A stretch of 54,773 nucleotides of DNA from an archaeon (GTDB lineage: Archaea; Nanobdellota; Nanobdellia; Woesearchaeales; UBA11576). The position numbers and the translations under genes are program-made. The notes under the pieces are model-generated. The model did not search any database. It was not told the origin of the DNA and saw only the letters and a list, made by a program, of their open reading frames with translations. The DNA lies in contig JAGVOD010000112.1 of NCBI GenBank assembly GCA_020052935.1, positions 1 through 54,773 of the forward strand. The letters are read 5' to 3'. Below are positions 1 through 8,690 of this stretch, one piece after another (within the stretch, counting starts at the first letter, position 1; every line of letters starts with the position of its first letter).

Positions 1-111
1 TACTCGAACCACAATAATCACAGATAATCATTAAATTCACCTCAAAAAGAACCAAGACAGAGCTAATACTTAAAGATGACGATTATTTGACAACATCCTG
101 CAGAAGAAATA

Positions 112-119
112 TTTATAAA
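112..119 (+). promoter_or_regulatory. TATA-box-like element (TTTATAAA) for the 143-2938 gene
   Basis: TTTATAAA is centred about 27 nt upstream of the ATG at 143, with no Shine-Dalgarno in between. The same geometry recurs at several other genes here (leaderless-type archaeal promoter). Confidence 0.4.
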
Positions 120-142
120 CACTCTTTATCATCACACAGGTC

Positions 143-2938
143 ATGGCCGACGATGCCAGGAAAAAAGAGCTTTTAGCGCAGGAGATCTCGAAAGAGGAGC
201 TCGACATTCTAGAGAAAGATTTCGAGTACTGCAGGAAGCTTAAATCCAGGCATTTCGACAAGGACCTCCAGAAAGTCCTGGACGAAGTCAATGAAGTCCT
301 CAATTTCTTACAGACCCAGCACCTCATAGAGCTGAACCTTGAGAAATACTACATAGAGGGCGAGACAGACCCCAAAGCCCTGGAAGACAAGCTCAATGGA
401 CTGAGAAAGCTGCTCGTCTCGCTGTATCAGGACGAGATCGAAAAGGCGCTCGGCCAGATAGACATCACCATACTTCCGAAAAGGAAAAACCTCATCAAAG
501 AATATGTCGCGCAGCTAGGGCAGCATATCATCGATCCAGCAGCCATCGAGGACTGCGACAGACTGCTAATCGGCGGAGTAGGCAGGTGCCTTGAGATATG
601 CCGTGAGATAAAAGTCATAATCAGCCACAATAAGTCGGGCGAAAGGGAAAAGGTCAGGCAGGAGATCCAGGAGCTAAGGCCTAAGCTCAACAGCTTCATC
701 GAAATCCTCCTCAGACTCCTCAACCAGATAATGTATGTCGACAGCGTGATACAGCAGCTAAAGACAGAGGTATACGACATAGAGCACAACTTGATGAGAG
801 AGTTCGCATTGAGGCACCTCATCTGGCAGATGCTGGAAAACACCAAAGACAAAGGCTGGGTGCAGGTTGGTGTAAGCAGCTACACGCTATATGTGGTCTC
901 AGAAGCAGGCAAGCAGGACTTCCTGGCAACAAAACCTGGCGCGAACATCGGAAAGGAACCATTCGATGAAAATAAAGTCCGCTTGGGGAAAAACAAGGAC
1001 GGCGACCCAAGACCTCTCGCACTGAAGAAATTCTTCTTCAATGTCCAGCGCAAGCCAGACGATTTCCACACCAAGTTTTACGAAGAGCTCCCTCCAGACC
1101 TGAAGGCGCCGGAAAAGGCAGGTGATGCACAGCTCGAAGACCTTTACAGGAAGATGTTCTTCAACGAAGGCCAGCACTACATCGCATTCACAGACCATAA
1201 CGGCGCGTTCAACCCCTGCAAAGACGCAGAGGACTTCTTCATGAGGATACTTCCCTTATTGATGTTTGACAGATTCAAGGGAGAGAGCTTCGACAAGATG
1301 ATCAACTCGATCGTGGAGCCATTCTTCCTGGGGCTCAGCGAGAAGATGGAGTTCAGACATTACGATTCCGCAGGTGATACCTCGTGGAAGATAACGCAGA
1401 AGATACTGGAGCACCAGCGCACGCAAGGCGACATAACAGACCGAGACCAGAAGCAGATAAGCAGCTTCATGGAGCAGGGCTACGCCGCATTGAAATCTGC
1501 ACAGGAAGGAGTCATCTCACTACGGAAAGAGGGCATAAAGACGCCGAAATACTCGAACTTCGTAGACAGGCCATACCTCGTCCACCAGCTCATGATGGAC
1601 ATCCTCAGGCTCGCGATATTCTCAGAAGCAAGGGCGAAAGTCAATGAGCACAACACACTGATCTACACCGGAAGGGAGTCTGGCTTCGAAGGCAGCAACA
1701 CAGTCGCTGTGCATGGCTACAACAACTACATGAAATACCAGCGCATGCTGCAGGTCGTGGTGCCAAAGCTCGACGACGAGCTCAGGAACATCTTTGACCA
1801 TTTCGAGCACTTCAAGGGCTGGGTGATCATGGGACTCCATGATGCGGCCACGTACGACAGGGACAATGCTATCTCATTCGGCAGCCAGGGCAAGTATGGG
1901 AATAACAACAAGAAGGCCCATAAGCTGGTCGGAGGGTACGTCATCAGAGAACAGAAGATGCTGAAGAAGCTGTTCAACGTCGAAAATGATGACGGCGCAG
2001 TGCTGGAGATGATCAGCGGCGAGGACGGCAAGCTGGTCGAGAACGCCGAGAAGAAGGAGCTTGAGCTGCTCGCGACAATAGTCAGCAAGCACGACGAGGG
2101 CACTCTGTGGCTCGACCCGAGCAAGATAAGCGGCGACTCAAAGTTCAAGAAGCAGCTTGTGCTGATATCCTTGTCAGGCCTGGCAGACAATTCCGCAGGC
2201 ATAGGAATGGTCGATGAGCATGGCCATGTACATGTCGACCCTTGGGAAGAGAAAGGGTCATCCGTATTCGTCGTACCATCATGCAAACCTGGCGAATTGC
2301 CCAGCAATGGGGAGATTATGTTCGATATACTGGCAAAGCTGTCGAACGACCCCAAGTATTTCAAGACTCATGATGCTGAGTGGAAAAACATCCTCGCGAT
2401 AATCAAGATGAATGTCGAAGCATACCCTGAACGTGCAGTCAGAGACAAGCTGCTTAAGGGGCTTGCAGACAAGGAGTTCTCTGACAGATCGGCGACATCG
2501 ACAGCAGGCATACTCAATTGCGGCTATATGGAACTCGACAACAACAGCTATGACGGCAAGACGCTCAAGATGAAGATAGTCCTCGATAAGGAAATAATGG
2601 CCAAGCTCGGAAAGATATTCGGTGACAAAAAAAGGGCTAAATTCCTCTTCGACAGGCTCGGAAAGTTCAGCTCGGAGTATAGGCGGTCGCTGAAGAACCT
2701 CACCCCGCCAACTGAAGATAACGACGACTCGGCGCTCATACAGGACCTCAACTCAAAGAGGCTCATCGAGGTCTGGAACTGCAACGAGAAGGGGGAGAAG
2801 ATGGACACTGTCGGGCTGTCTGCAGAAATAGTCGAGGAGTCTGGTATAATGACGAAGAGCCTCATCGAGGACGCCTCCAAGCAGCTGCTGACAGACCTGC
2901 ATAAGTACCATGACGACAGGTACGAAAAGAAAGAATAA
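143..2938 (+). CDS. large hypothetical cytoplasmic protein, 931 aa, charged coiled-coil-like N-terminal third, no recognisable domain
   Basis: Single uninterrupted 2.8-kb ORF. All overlapping ORFs are short shadow frames. It has no TM segments and no catalytic motif I can name. Confidence 0.6.
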   Translation: MADDARKKELLAQEISKEELDILEKDFEYCRKLKSRHFDKDLQKVLDEVNEVLNFLQTQHLIELNLEKYYIEGETDPKALEDKLNGLRKLLVSLYQDEIEKALGQIDITILPKRKNLIKEYVAQLGQHIIDPAAIEDCDRLLIGGVGRCLEICREIKVIISHNKSGEREKVRQEIQELRPKLNSFIEILLRLLNQIMYVDSVIQQLKTEVYDIEHNLMREFALRHLIWQMLENTKDKGWVQVGVSSYTLYVVSEAGKQDFLATKPGANIGKEPFDENKVRLGKNKDGDPRPLALKKFFFNVQRKPDDFHTKFYEELPPDLKAPEKAGDAQLEDLYRKMFFNEGQHYIAFTDHNGAFNPCKDAEDFFMRILPLLMFDRFKGESFDKMINSIVEPFFLGLSEKMEFRHYDSAGDTSWKITQKILEHQRTQGDITDRDQKQISSFMEQGYAALKSAQEGVISLRKEGIKTPKYSNFVDRPYLVHQLMMDILRLAIFSEARAKVNEHNTLIYTGRESGFEGSNTVAVHGYNNYMKYQRMLQVVVPKLDDELRNIFDHFEHFKGWVIMGLHDAATYDRDNAISFGSQGKYGNNNKKAHKLVGGYVIREQKMLKKLFNVENDDGAVLEMISGEDGKLVENAEKKELELLATIVSKHDEGTLWLDPSKISGDSKFKKQLVLISLSGLADNSAGIGMVDEHGHVHVDPWEEKGSSVFVVPSCKPGELPSNGEIMFDILAKLSNDPKYFKTHDAEWKNILAIIKMNVEAYPERAVRDKLLKGLADKEFSDRSATSTAGILNCGYMELDNNSYDGKTLKMKIVLDKEIMAKLGKIFGDKKRAKFLFDRLGKFSSEYRRSLKNLTPPTEDNDDSALIQDLNSKRLIEVWNCNEKGEKMDTVGLSAEIVEESGIMTKSLIEDASKQLLTDLHKYHDDRYEKKE

Positions 2939-3039
2939 GACATTCTGGCTGCTTAATCCTCCTTGTTTCTGCTGATGTCGTGCAAATCCTATCAAAAACT
3001 ATTTAAAGGCGAGTTCTTTAAAAAGCCCTGAAAAAGAGG

Positions 3040-5130
3040 ATGCCTACGAAAATCTATAAGCGGGACGGTAGGCTCGTAAGGTTCGAGCCTGAGAAGATAT
3101 CTAACGCCATGCACAAGGCATTCTCTGATGTCTGTGTCGATGACTCAAAGATACTTGCTGAGCTGACCCGCAAAGCTGTCAAGGAGGCAGACAAGAAATT
3201 CTACCACAAGATGCCGCGTGTAGAGGATGTGCAGGACATCGTGGAACGCGTGCTGCTGAACGCAGGCTATGAAAGGACAGCCAAAGCATACATGGAATAC
3301 AGAAGGAAGCATGCAGACATACGCGATGCAAAGAAGTTCCTCGGGGTGGCGAGCGACTCGCTAAAGCTCAGCGTCAACGCGATACGCGTTCTGGAGCAAC
3401 GCTACCTGCTGAAGGATGACCACGGCAACGTGATAGAGACTCCTCAACAGATGTTCCACAGAGTCGCGAGGGAAGTGGCACGCGTTGAGGCGCGCTATGG
3501 AAAACGCGACCCTGAAGCCACTGAAGACAAGTTCTACAACATGATGTCAAGGCTCGAGTTCCTGCCTAATTCTCCTACTTTGATGAACGCGGGTACAAGG
3601 ATGGGCCAGCTGAGCGCATGCTTCGTGCTGCCTGTCGAGGACTCGATGGAAGGTATATTCAACACCCTCAAGCACATGGCATTGATACACCAGAGCGGAG
3701 GCGGGACTGGATTCTCATTTTCTCGGCTCAGACCTTCGGGAGACATGGTCGCGTCTACAAAATGCGCAGCATCAGGGCCAGTATCATTCATGAAGATATT
3801 CGACACGGCAACAGACGTGATAAAACAGGGAGGACGCAGGAGAGGCGCGAACATGGGCGTGCTTCGCGTAGACCACCCGGACATAATCAAGTTCATCACA
3901 GCAAAGAAAGATCCTGCACTGTTCCAGAACTTCAACCTCTCTGTCGCTGTGACTGACGAGTTCATGAAAGCAGCAGAGAAAGGCAAGGACTACGAGCTCC
4001 TGAACCCGCGGACAAACGCTGTCGCTGCGAAGATGAACGCAAAAGACGTGCTCAAGCTCATGGTCACGATGGCATGGAACAACGGAGACCCCGGCATCAT
4101 ATTCATCGACGAGGTGAACAGGCACAACCCGACACAGGCATACGGAGAGATAGAATCGACCAACCCTTGCGGAGAACAGCCCCTGCTGCCATACGAGTCA
4201 TGCAACCTCGGCTCTGTGAACCTGGCTAGATTTGTCACAGAGAAGAAAGAGATAGACTGGCACAGGCTGGAAAGGACGGTCAAGCTCGCGGTAAGGTTCC
4301 TCGATAATGTCATAGACGCAAACAACTTCCCGCTCCCAAAGATAGAAGAAGTCACGAAGGCGAACAGGAAGGTCGGATTGGGAGTGATGGGATTCGCAGA
4401 CGTGCTCATAAAGCTCGGAATAGCCTATGATTCTGACAAGGCCGTCAGATTTGCAGAGAAGACAATGAAGTTCATACACGACAAGGCGATTGAGGAAAGC
4501 CAGGAATTGGCGCGGGAGAGAGGCAGCTTCCCCAACTTCAAGAAAAGCACACTATCAAAGAAGCACCGCGTGATGAGGAACGCATCCCTTACCACTGTCG
4601 CGCCGACAGGCACGATAAGCATAATCGCAGGATGCTCGTCTGGAATAGAACCGCTTTTTGGGGTGAGCTTTGTCCGCAATGTCATGAGCGGAGCAGAACT
4701 GCTCGAGACCAATGCTGAGTTTGAAAAGACTGCAAGGCAGAAAGGATTCTACTCAAAAGAACTGCTGATGGAAGTCGCTCGGCAAGGCACCGTCCAGAAA
4801 GTAAATGGCGTGCCGAAAGATACTAAGCAGCTATTTGTGACTGCGCTGGACATAAAGCCAGAGTGGCACATCAAGATACAGGCAGCATTCCAAAGATATA
4901 CTGACAGCGCGGTGTCCAAGACCATAAACTTCCCGTCAACAGCGACGATTGACGACGTCGAGAAGGCGTACAAGCTCGCGTTCAAGCTCAAATGCAAAGG
5001 CATAACTGTCTACAGGTATGGCAGCAGGCCAGGCCAGGTATTGACATTCGGCGAAAAACCGAAAGAAAGATATCTGAGCGCGGACTCAGAGTACGCAGGA
5101 GGATGCCCGAGCACGGAATGTCCATTTTAG
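3040..5130 (+). CDS. nrdJ: adenosylcobalamin-dependent (class II) ribonucleotide reductase with N-terminal ATP-cone
   Basis: ATP-cone start KIYKRDGRLVRFEPEKISNAMHKAF. Class II active-site block TNPCGEQPLLPYESCNLGSVNL. C-terminal Cys pair GGCPSTECPF. 696 aa with no intein-sized insert. Confidence 0.9.
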   Translation: MPTKIYKRDGRLVRFEPEKISNAMHKAFSDVCVDDSKILAELTRKAVKEADKKFYHKMPRVEDVQDIVERVLLNAGYERTAKAYMEYRRKHADIRDAKKFLGVASDSLKLSVNAIRVLEQRYLLKDDHGNVIETPQQMFHRVAREVARVEARYGKRDPEATEDKFYNMMSRLEFLPNSPTLMNAGTRMGQLSACFVLPVEDSMEGIFNTLKHMALIHQSGGGTGFSFSRLRPSGDMVASTKCAASGPVSFMKIFDTATDVIKQGGRRRGANMGVLRVDHPDIIKFITAKKDPALFQNFNLSVAVTDEFMKAAEKGKDYELLNPRTNAVAAKMNAKDVLKLMVTMAWNNGDPGIIFIDEVNRHNPTQAYGEIESTNPCGEQPLLPYESCNLGSVNLARFVTEKKEIDWHRLERTVKLAVRFLDNVIDANNFPLPKIEEVTKANRKVGLGVMGFADVLIKLGIAYDSDKAVRFAEKTMKFIHDKAIEESQELARERGSFPNFKKSTLSKKHRVMRNASLTTVAPTGTISIIAGCSSGIEPLFGVSFVRNVMSGAELLETNAEFEKTARQKGFYSKELLMEVARQGTVQKVNGVPKDTKQLFVTALDIKPEWHIKIQAAFQRYTDSAVSKTINFPSTATIDDVEKAYKLAFKLKCKGITVYRYGSRPGQVLTFGEKPKERYLSADSEYAGGCPSTECPF

Positions 5131-5151
5131 TTCCAAATTGTTCAAGTTAAA

Positions 5152-5374
5152 GCAAAGCCACGACCGTCGTTGCCTCTTTAGCGCGTAACAACCACTATTT
5201 TAGTCACGGAAATTATTGGGATTTTTCAGTTTAACTTCGTAATAATATTCGCACGCGCGTGGCAACGAACGGAGCTTTTGCGACCACGGGGAGCATTTGA
5301 AATGCGAAGCATTTCTAATGTGCTCAGAAACCAGCAGGTTTCTGACACAAAAGCGAAGTAGGGCGTGGCTTTGC
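5152..5374 (-). repeat. scaffold element, subfamily 1, copy 1 (reverse orientation); candidate structured RNA or cis element
   Basis: Terminal helix GCAAAGCCACG (5152-5162) / CGTGGCTTTGC (5364-5374). The reverse complement carries the invariant CCCTACTTCGC (5353-5363) and the AT-rich core (about 5194-5250) shared with copies at 10816-10993 and 17616-17772. Confidence 0.75.
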
Positions 5375-5422
5375 GACAAAGTTGAGTCAGGCTTCGGCGC
5401 TGCTGGTGTAAAGGTGATCATC

Positions 5423-5947
5423 ATGAAAAAAACCGGATTCATACACGTACTGACTGGCAATGGTGGCGGGAAGACAACGTCTGCACTGGGCGTAGCGATG
5501 CGTAGCGTCGGACAGGGCCACCGCGTCGTGGTCGTGCAGTTCATGAAAGGACGCACAGACATCGGCGAAGTAAAGATACAGAAGAAGCTCGGCGGCGACT
5601 ACACAGTGTACCAGTTCGGCACAAAGAAATTCGTGAACCTGAAGAAACCATCGCAGCAAGATGTCGAGCTTGCCAATGAGGCATTGGGATTCGCGCGCGA
5701 GGAGATACTTGAGAAAAGCCCACCAGAACTGCTGATTCTCGACGAGATAAACCTTGCAGCAGCGATAGGGCTGATAGAGACGGACAAAGCCGTGGAAATG
5801 CTGCGCAAGGCACCGCGCGGAGTAGACATCTACCTCACAGGAAGACGAGCTCCAAAGGCTTTCATCAACATCGCAGACTACGTGACTGTGGTTGAGGACA
5901 AGAAAAGAGTCAGGCTGGTGTCTGCGAGAAGAGGGATAGATTACTAG
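5423..5947 (+). CDS. cobA: ATP:cob(I)alamin (corrinoid) adenosyltransferase, CobA/CobO/BtuR family
   Basis: MKKTGFIHVLTGNGGGKTTSALGVAMRSVGQGHRVVVVQFMKG matches the CobA P-loop and QFxKG block. I start at Met43 of the track ORF (5423) because the upstream 42 codons run through the repeat element. Confidence 0.85.
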   Translation: MKKTGFIHVLTGNGGGKTTSALGVAMRSVGQGHRVVVVQFMKGRTDIGEVKIQKKLGGDYTVYQFGTKKFVNLKKPSQQDVELANEALGFAREEILEKSPPELLILDEINLAAAIGLIETDKAVEMLRKAPRGVDIYLTGRRAPKAFINIADYVTVVEDKKRVRLVSARRGIDY

Positions 5948-6000
5948 AGGAAGAAAAGAAAAAAAGATCATTCATATAGGAACTTAGCATCTACGTATAA

Positions 6001-6287
6001 CTGCTCTATCATAAAAGGCGATACCTGACCATATGTGCCGACTTCCACCCTCTGAGCGTAGATATCGAGCACATCCTCCCCGAGCTTCTCCTGAAGCAGC
6101 AGCTGGCTAAGGAGAAGCCAGTCAGGTCACGACATTCAGCGGCATCAGGGGGATAAGAGAGTCATTGTACAAACTGCTGGAGGCTGAGGGCACAGAGCAC
6201 CACACATTCGGCTCTGCGAAAAAGTCCCTGATGATGGGCGATGCGTTCTGCGTCTCGTTCCACTCCTCACAGGACATGTTCACGTGA
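6001..6287 (+). pseudogene. frameshifted, truncated remnant of a TrmB-family regulator gene
   Basis: Frame 1 (6001-6156) gives ..VDIEHILPELLLKQQLAKEKPVRS.. and the -1 frame (6132-6287) gives TFSGIRGIRESLYKLLEAEGTEHHTFGSAKKSLMMGDAF. These parallel VYEGIKGAKAIWERLLEECKANDEWLVLGAPKSAELMGGYF of the intact TrmB at 51738-52481. The HTH N-terminus and the C-terminal third are missing. Confidence 0.45.
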
Positions 6288-6333
6288 GATTTATAAACAG
6301 CAGGTGATTTAGTATCCTTGAGGGTGAATCAGC

Positions 6334-7176
6334 ATGGATAACGGTAATGCGCTCGTTGTATTCCAAGGCAAGAAAATAAGGCGAAAATGGTTTAACGATG
6401 AGTGGTGGTTTTCTGTAGTTGACATAATATGGGCAGTAACACAGACAGACAGAGCCAGAAAGTATTGGTCTGACCTCAAAACAAGGCTTACTGAAGAGGG
6501 TTTTGAGTTGTCCGCAAAAATCGGACAACTGAAATTAGTATCTACTGATGGCAAATCCTACCTTACGGATTGCGTTAATACTAAGAATGCTTTCAGGATA
6601 ATCCAGTCTATTCCTTCAAAGAATGCAGAGCCATTCAAACAGTGGCTTGCGCAGGTAGGTTATGATAGGGTGCAGGAAATAGAAAACCCTGAACTTGCCC
6701 AAAAGCGGATGAAGGAGATTTACAAGGCGAAAGGATATTCTGACGAGTGGATTGAAAAACGAGTTAGGGGCATAGCCGTAAGGCAGGAGCTTACTGGTGA
6801 GTGGAACAAAAGGGGTGTGAAAGAGGACAGGGAGTATGCCATCCTAACGAATGAGATAAGCAAGGCGACATTTGGCAAGACTGTTGAGGAATACAAGAAC
6901 TTCAAGGGACTGAAAAAAGAGAACCTGCGAGACCATATGGATGACTTGGAGCTGATTTTCACAATGCTTGGTGAAGCATCCACAACAAGGATAGCAAAAG
7001 ATAAAGATGCTCGAGGGTTTGTTGAAAATAAGGGAGCTGCAAAGGAAGGAGGGACAGTTGCAGGAGTGGCAAGAAAAGAACTTGAACAGAGAAGCATCCG
7101 GAAAGTATCCACCCCAGAGAACTATCTTTCTCAACCTGAGAAGAAGAAACGGTTGGAAGATGCGCGTAAGAAGTAA
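6334..7176 (+). CDS. Bro-N domain protein with DinD-like (DNA-damage-inducible protein D / antirepressor-like) C-terminal region
   Basis: N-terminus FQGKKIRRKWFNDEWWFSVVDIIWAV is Bro-N-like. The C-terminal ENLRDHMDDLELIFTMLGEASTT block resembles DinD. The gene is visibly more AT-rich than its neighbours. Confidence 0.65.
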   Translation: MDNGNALVVFQGKKIRRKWFNDEWWFSVVDIIWAVTQTDRARKYWSDLKTRLTEEGFELSAKIGQLKLVSTDGKSYLTDCVNTKNAFRIIQSIPSKNAEPFKQWLAQVGYDRVQEIENPELAQKRMKEIYKAKGYSDEWIEKRVRGIAVRQELTGEWNKRGVKEDREYAILTNEISKATFGKTVEEYKNFKGLKKENLRDHMDDLELIFTMLGEASTTRIAKDKDARGFVENKGAAKEGGTVAGVARKELEQRSIRKVSTPENYLSQPEKKKRLEDARKK

Positions 7177-7254
7177 ATATGGATAACCCATAACATCTAT
7201 ATGCCCATTATGAATAATATTATCCAGAAATGGATAATTATGTGAGGATGATTC

Positions 7255-8088
7255 ATGAAGCCAACAACGCTACTTTTCGGCACTGCAGGCACGCCTATCG
7301 CATCCAAAGATAGAGGAAGCCTTGCTGGAGTCGAGACAGTGCATAACCTCGGGCTTTCGTGCATGGAGCTGGAGTTCGTACGCGGCGTGAGGATGTCACC
7401 TGAGCTCGCTAAGCAGGTCGGTGCTGCTGCTGAGAAGAATTCTGTGGTGCTGACTGCGCATGGCCCATACTACATCAACCTCAACTCCCTAGACAAGAAG
7501 ATAATCCAGGACAGCGTGAAAAGGATAATGGACACTGCACGCATCGCGAATATCGCTGGAGCGTATTCCATAACATTCCACGCAGCATACTTCATGGGAC
7601 AAGACCCTGTCAAGGTGTATGAAAGAGTCAAGGGCGAGATGAAGAAGATAGTTTCAGACCTGCAGGGTGAAGGTGTAAAGCTTTGGATACGGCCGGAGAC
7701 AACCGGGAAAGCCACGCAGCTGGGCAGCCTGAAAGAGACCATCAAACTTTCGCAGGATGTAGAACAAGTATTGCCGTGCGTGGATTTCGCGCACTTGCAT
7801 GCAAGAACCGGAAAGCTTAATACCTATCAAGAATTCTGCGACGTGTTGGCAGAGCTCGAAAAAGGCCTCGGCAGGAATGTGCTGGAGAACATGCACATAC
7901 ACATGTCAGGCATCGAATACTCTGCAAAAGGCGAGAGGAACCACCTTGAGCTGGAACACTCTGATTTCAGGTATAAAGAGCTGATGAAGGCATTCAAGGA
8001 CTACAAGATAAAGGGCGTAGTTATATCAGAAAGCCCAAACATAGAAAAAGACGCGTTGCTGATGAAGAAGGCTTATGAGAAATATTAG
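7255..8088 (+). CDS. nfo: endonuclease IV (AP endonuclease family 2, TIM barrel)
   Basis: Metal-ligand blocks TAHGPYYINL, ITFHAAYF, IRPETTGK, VDFAHLHA, MHIHMSGI and ISESP. GAGGA lies 6 nt upstream of the ATG. Confidence 0.8.
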   Translation: MKPTTLLFGTAGTPIASKDRGSLAGVETVHNLGLSCMELEFVRGVRMSPELAKQVGAAAEKNSVVLTAHGPYYINLNSLDKKIIQDSVKRIMDTARIANIAGAYSITFHAAYFMGQDPVKVYERVKGEMKKIVSDLQGEGVKLWIRPETTGKATQLGSLKETIKLSQDVEQVLPCVDFAHLHARTGKLNTYQEFCDVLAELEKGLGRNVLENMHIHMSGIEYSAKGERNHLELEHSDFRYKELMKAFKDYKIKGVVISESPNIEKDALLMKKAYEKY

Positions 8089-8096
8089 GTGACGTT

Positions 8097-8651
8097 TTGA
8101 AGAAGAAAGCTGCTGTGAAGAGAGTATTCACCCTTACCAACCTGCTCGCCGTATCTAGGATACCATTGGCAATCGCGGCAGTCATAGCATATCCTAACAT
8201 GCTCATTTTCTGCATATTTGTCGCGTTAGCGCTCTTCACTGACATCATCGACGGCCCTATAGCTCGAAGGACAGGCACTGTCTCGACACTAGGCGCGATT
8301 TTGGACGGCCTGTCTGACAAGCTGTTCTTCTTCATACTGCTATTGTTCTTGGTCATCCTAGCCAAACTCCAGGTCTGGCAGATGTTGCTGCTCATAATCC
8401 AGGACTTGTGGATGGCTGTGCTGGCTGTCTATGTTCTCCTGCATCCTCGCCGGCAGATGATAATAAGCAAAGTGCAGGCTAGGCCTCTTGGGAAGCTGAC
8501 CAGCATAGGCCAGTCAGCGGCTGTGTTCTGGCTCTACTTAGGATGGCCTTATTTCGTCTGCGTGCTATATCCAACTGTTGTGATGGCTGTGTTTGCTGCC
8601 GCGGATTACACCCTGTTCGTCAGGAAGCATCTTGCAGGGAAAGGGCAGTGA
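8097..8651 (+). CDS. CDP-alcohol phosphatidyltransferase family membrane protein (TTG start)
   Basis: Signature DIIDGPIARRTGTVSTLGAILDGLSDK (D-x2-DG-x2-AR...G-x3-D-x3-D). Several TM helices. AGGTGA lies 4 nt upstream of the TTG. Confidence 0.75.
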   Translation: MKKKAAVKRVFTLTNLLAVSRIPLAIAAVIAYPNMLIFCIFVALALFTDIIDGPIARRTGTVSTLGAILDGLSDKLFFFILLLFLVILAKLQVWQMLLLIIQDLWMAVLAVYVLLHPRRQMIISKVQARPLGKLTSIGQSAAVFWLYLGWPYFVCVLYPTVVMAVFAAADYTLFVRKHLAGKGQ

Positions 8652-8690
8652 AATTCAACAAAATCTTAGAAAGAGCATAACGACTTCTCT

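Noticed and set aside
3040-5130. Intein or intron in the ribonucleotide reductase gene
   Set aside because: At 696 aa it is a normal length for an ATP-cone-containing class II RNR, and the conserved blocks are contiguous.
5131-5422. Possible cobalamin riboswitch upstream of cobA / downstream of nrdJ
   Set aside because: The same element occurs next to nth and queA, which are unrelated to B12. I cannot find a B12-box-like core. The conserved strand is antisense to the flanking genes.
5200-5562. ORFs running through the scaffold elements (5200-5562, the 5297 N-terminal extension of cobA, 17518-17724, 13261-13546, 28373-28667, 10935-11117). The subfamily-1 core also appears to encode a conserved peptide end ..NPNNFRD*
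   Set aside because: A 1-nt indel between copies destroys the common frame. The ORFs occur on both strands, and similarity between copies is at the nucleotide and structure level, not the protein level.
7177-7190. 9-mer ATGGATAAC at both the start (6334) and just after the end (7180) of the Bro-N gene, as a possible target-site duplication
   Set aside because: The first copy is simply the Met-Asp-Asn start codon context. The same 9-mer starts the gene at 18900. It is too short and is not positioned at plausible element ends.
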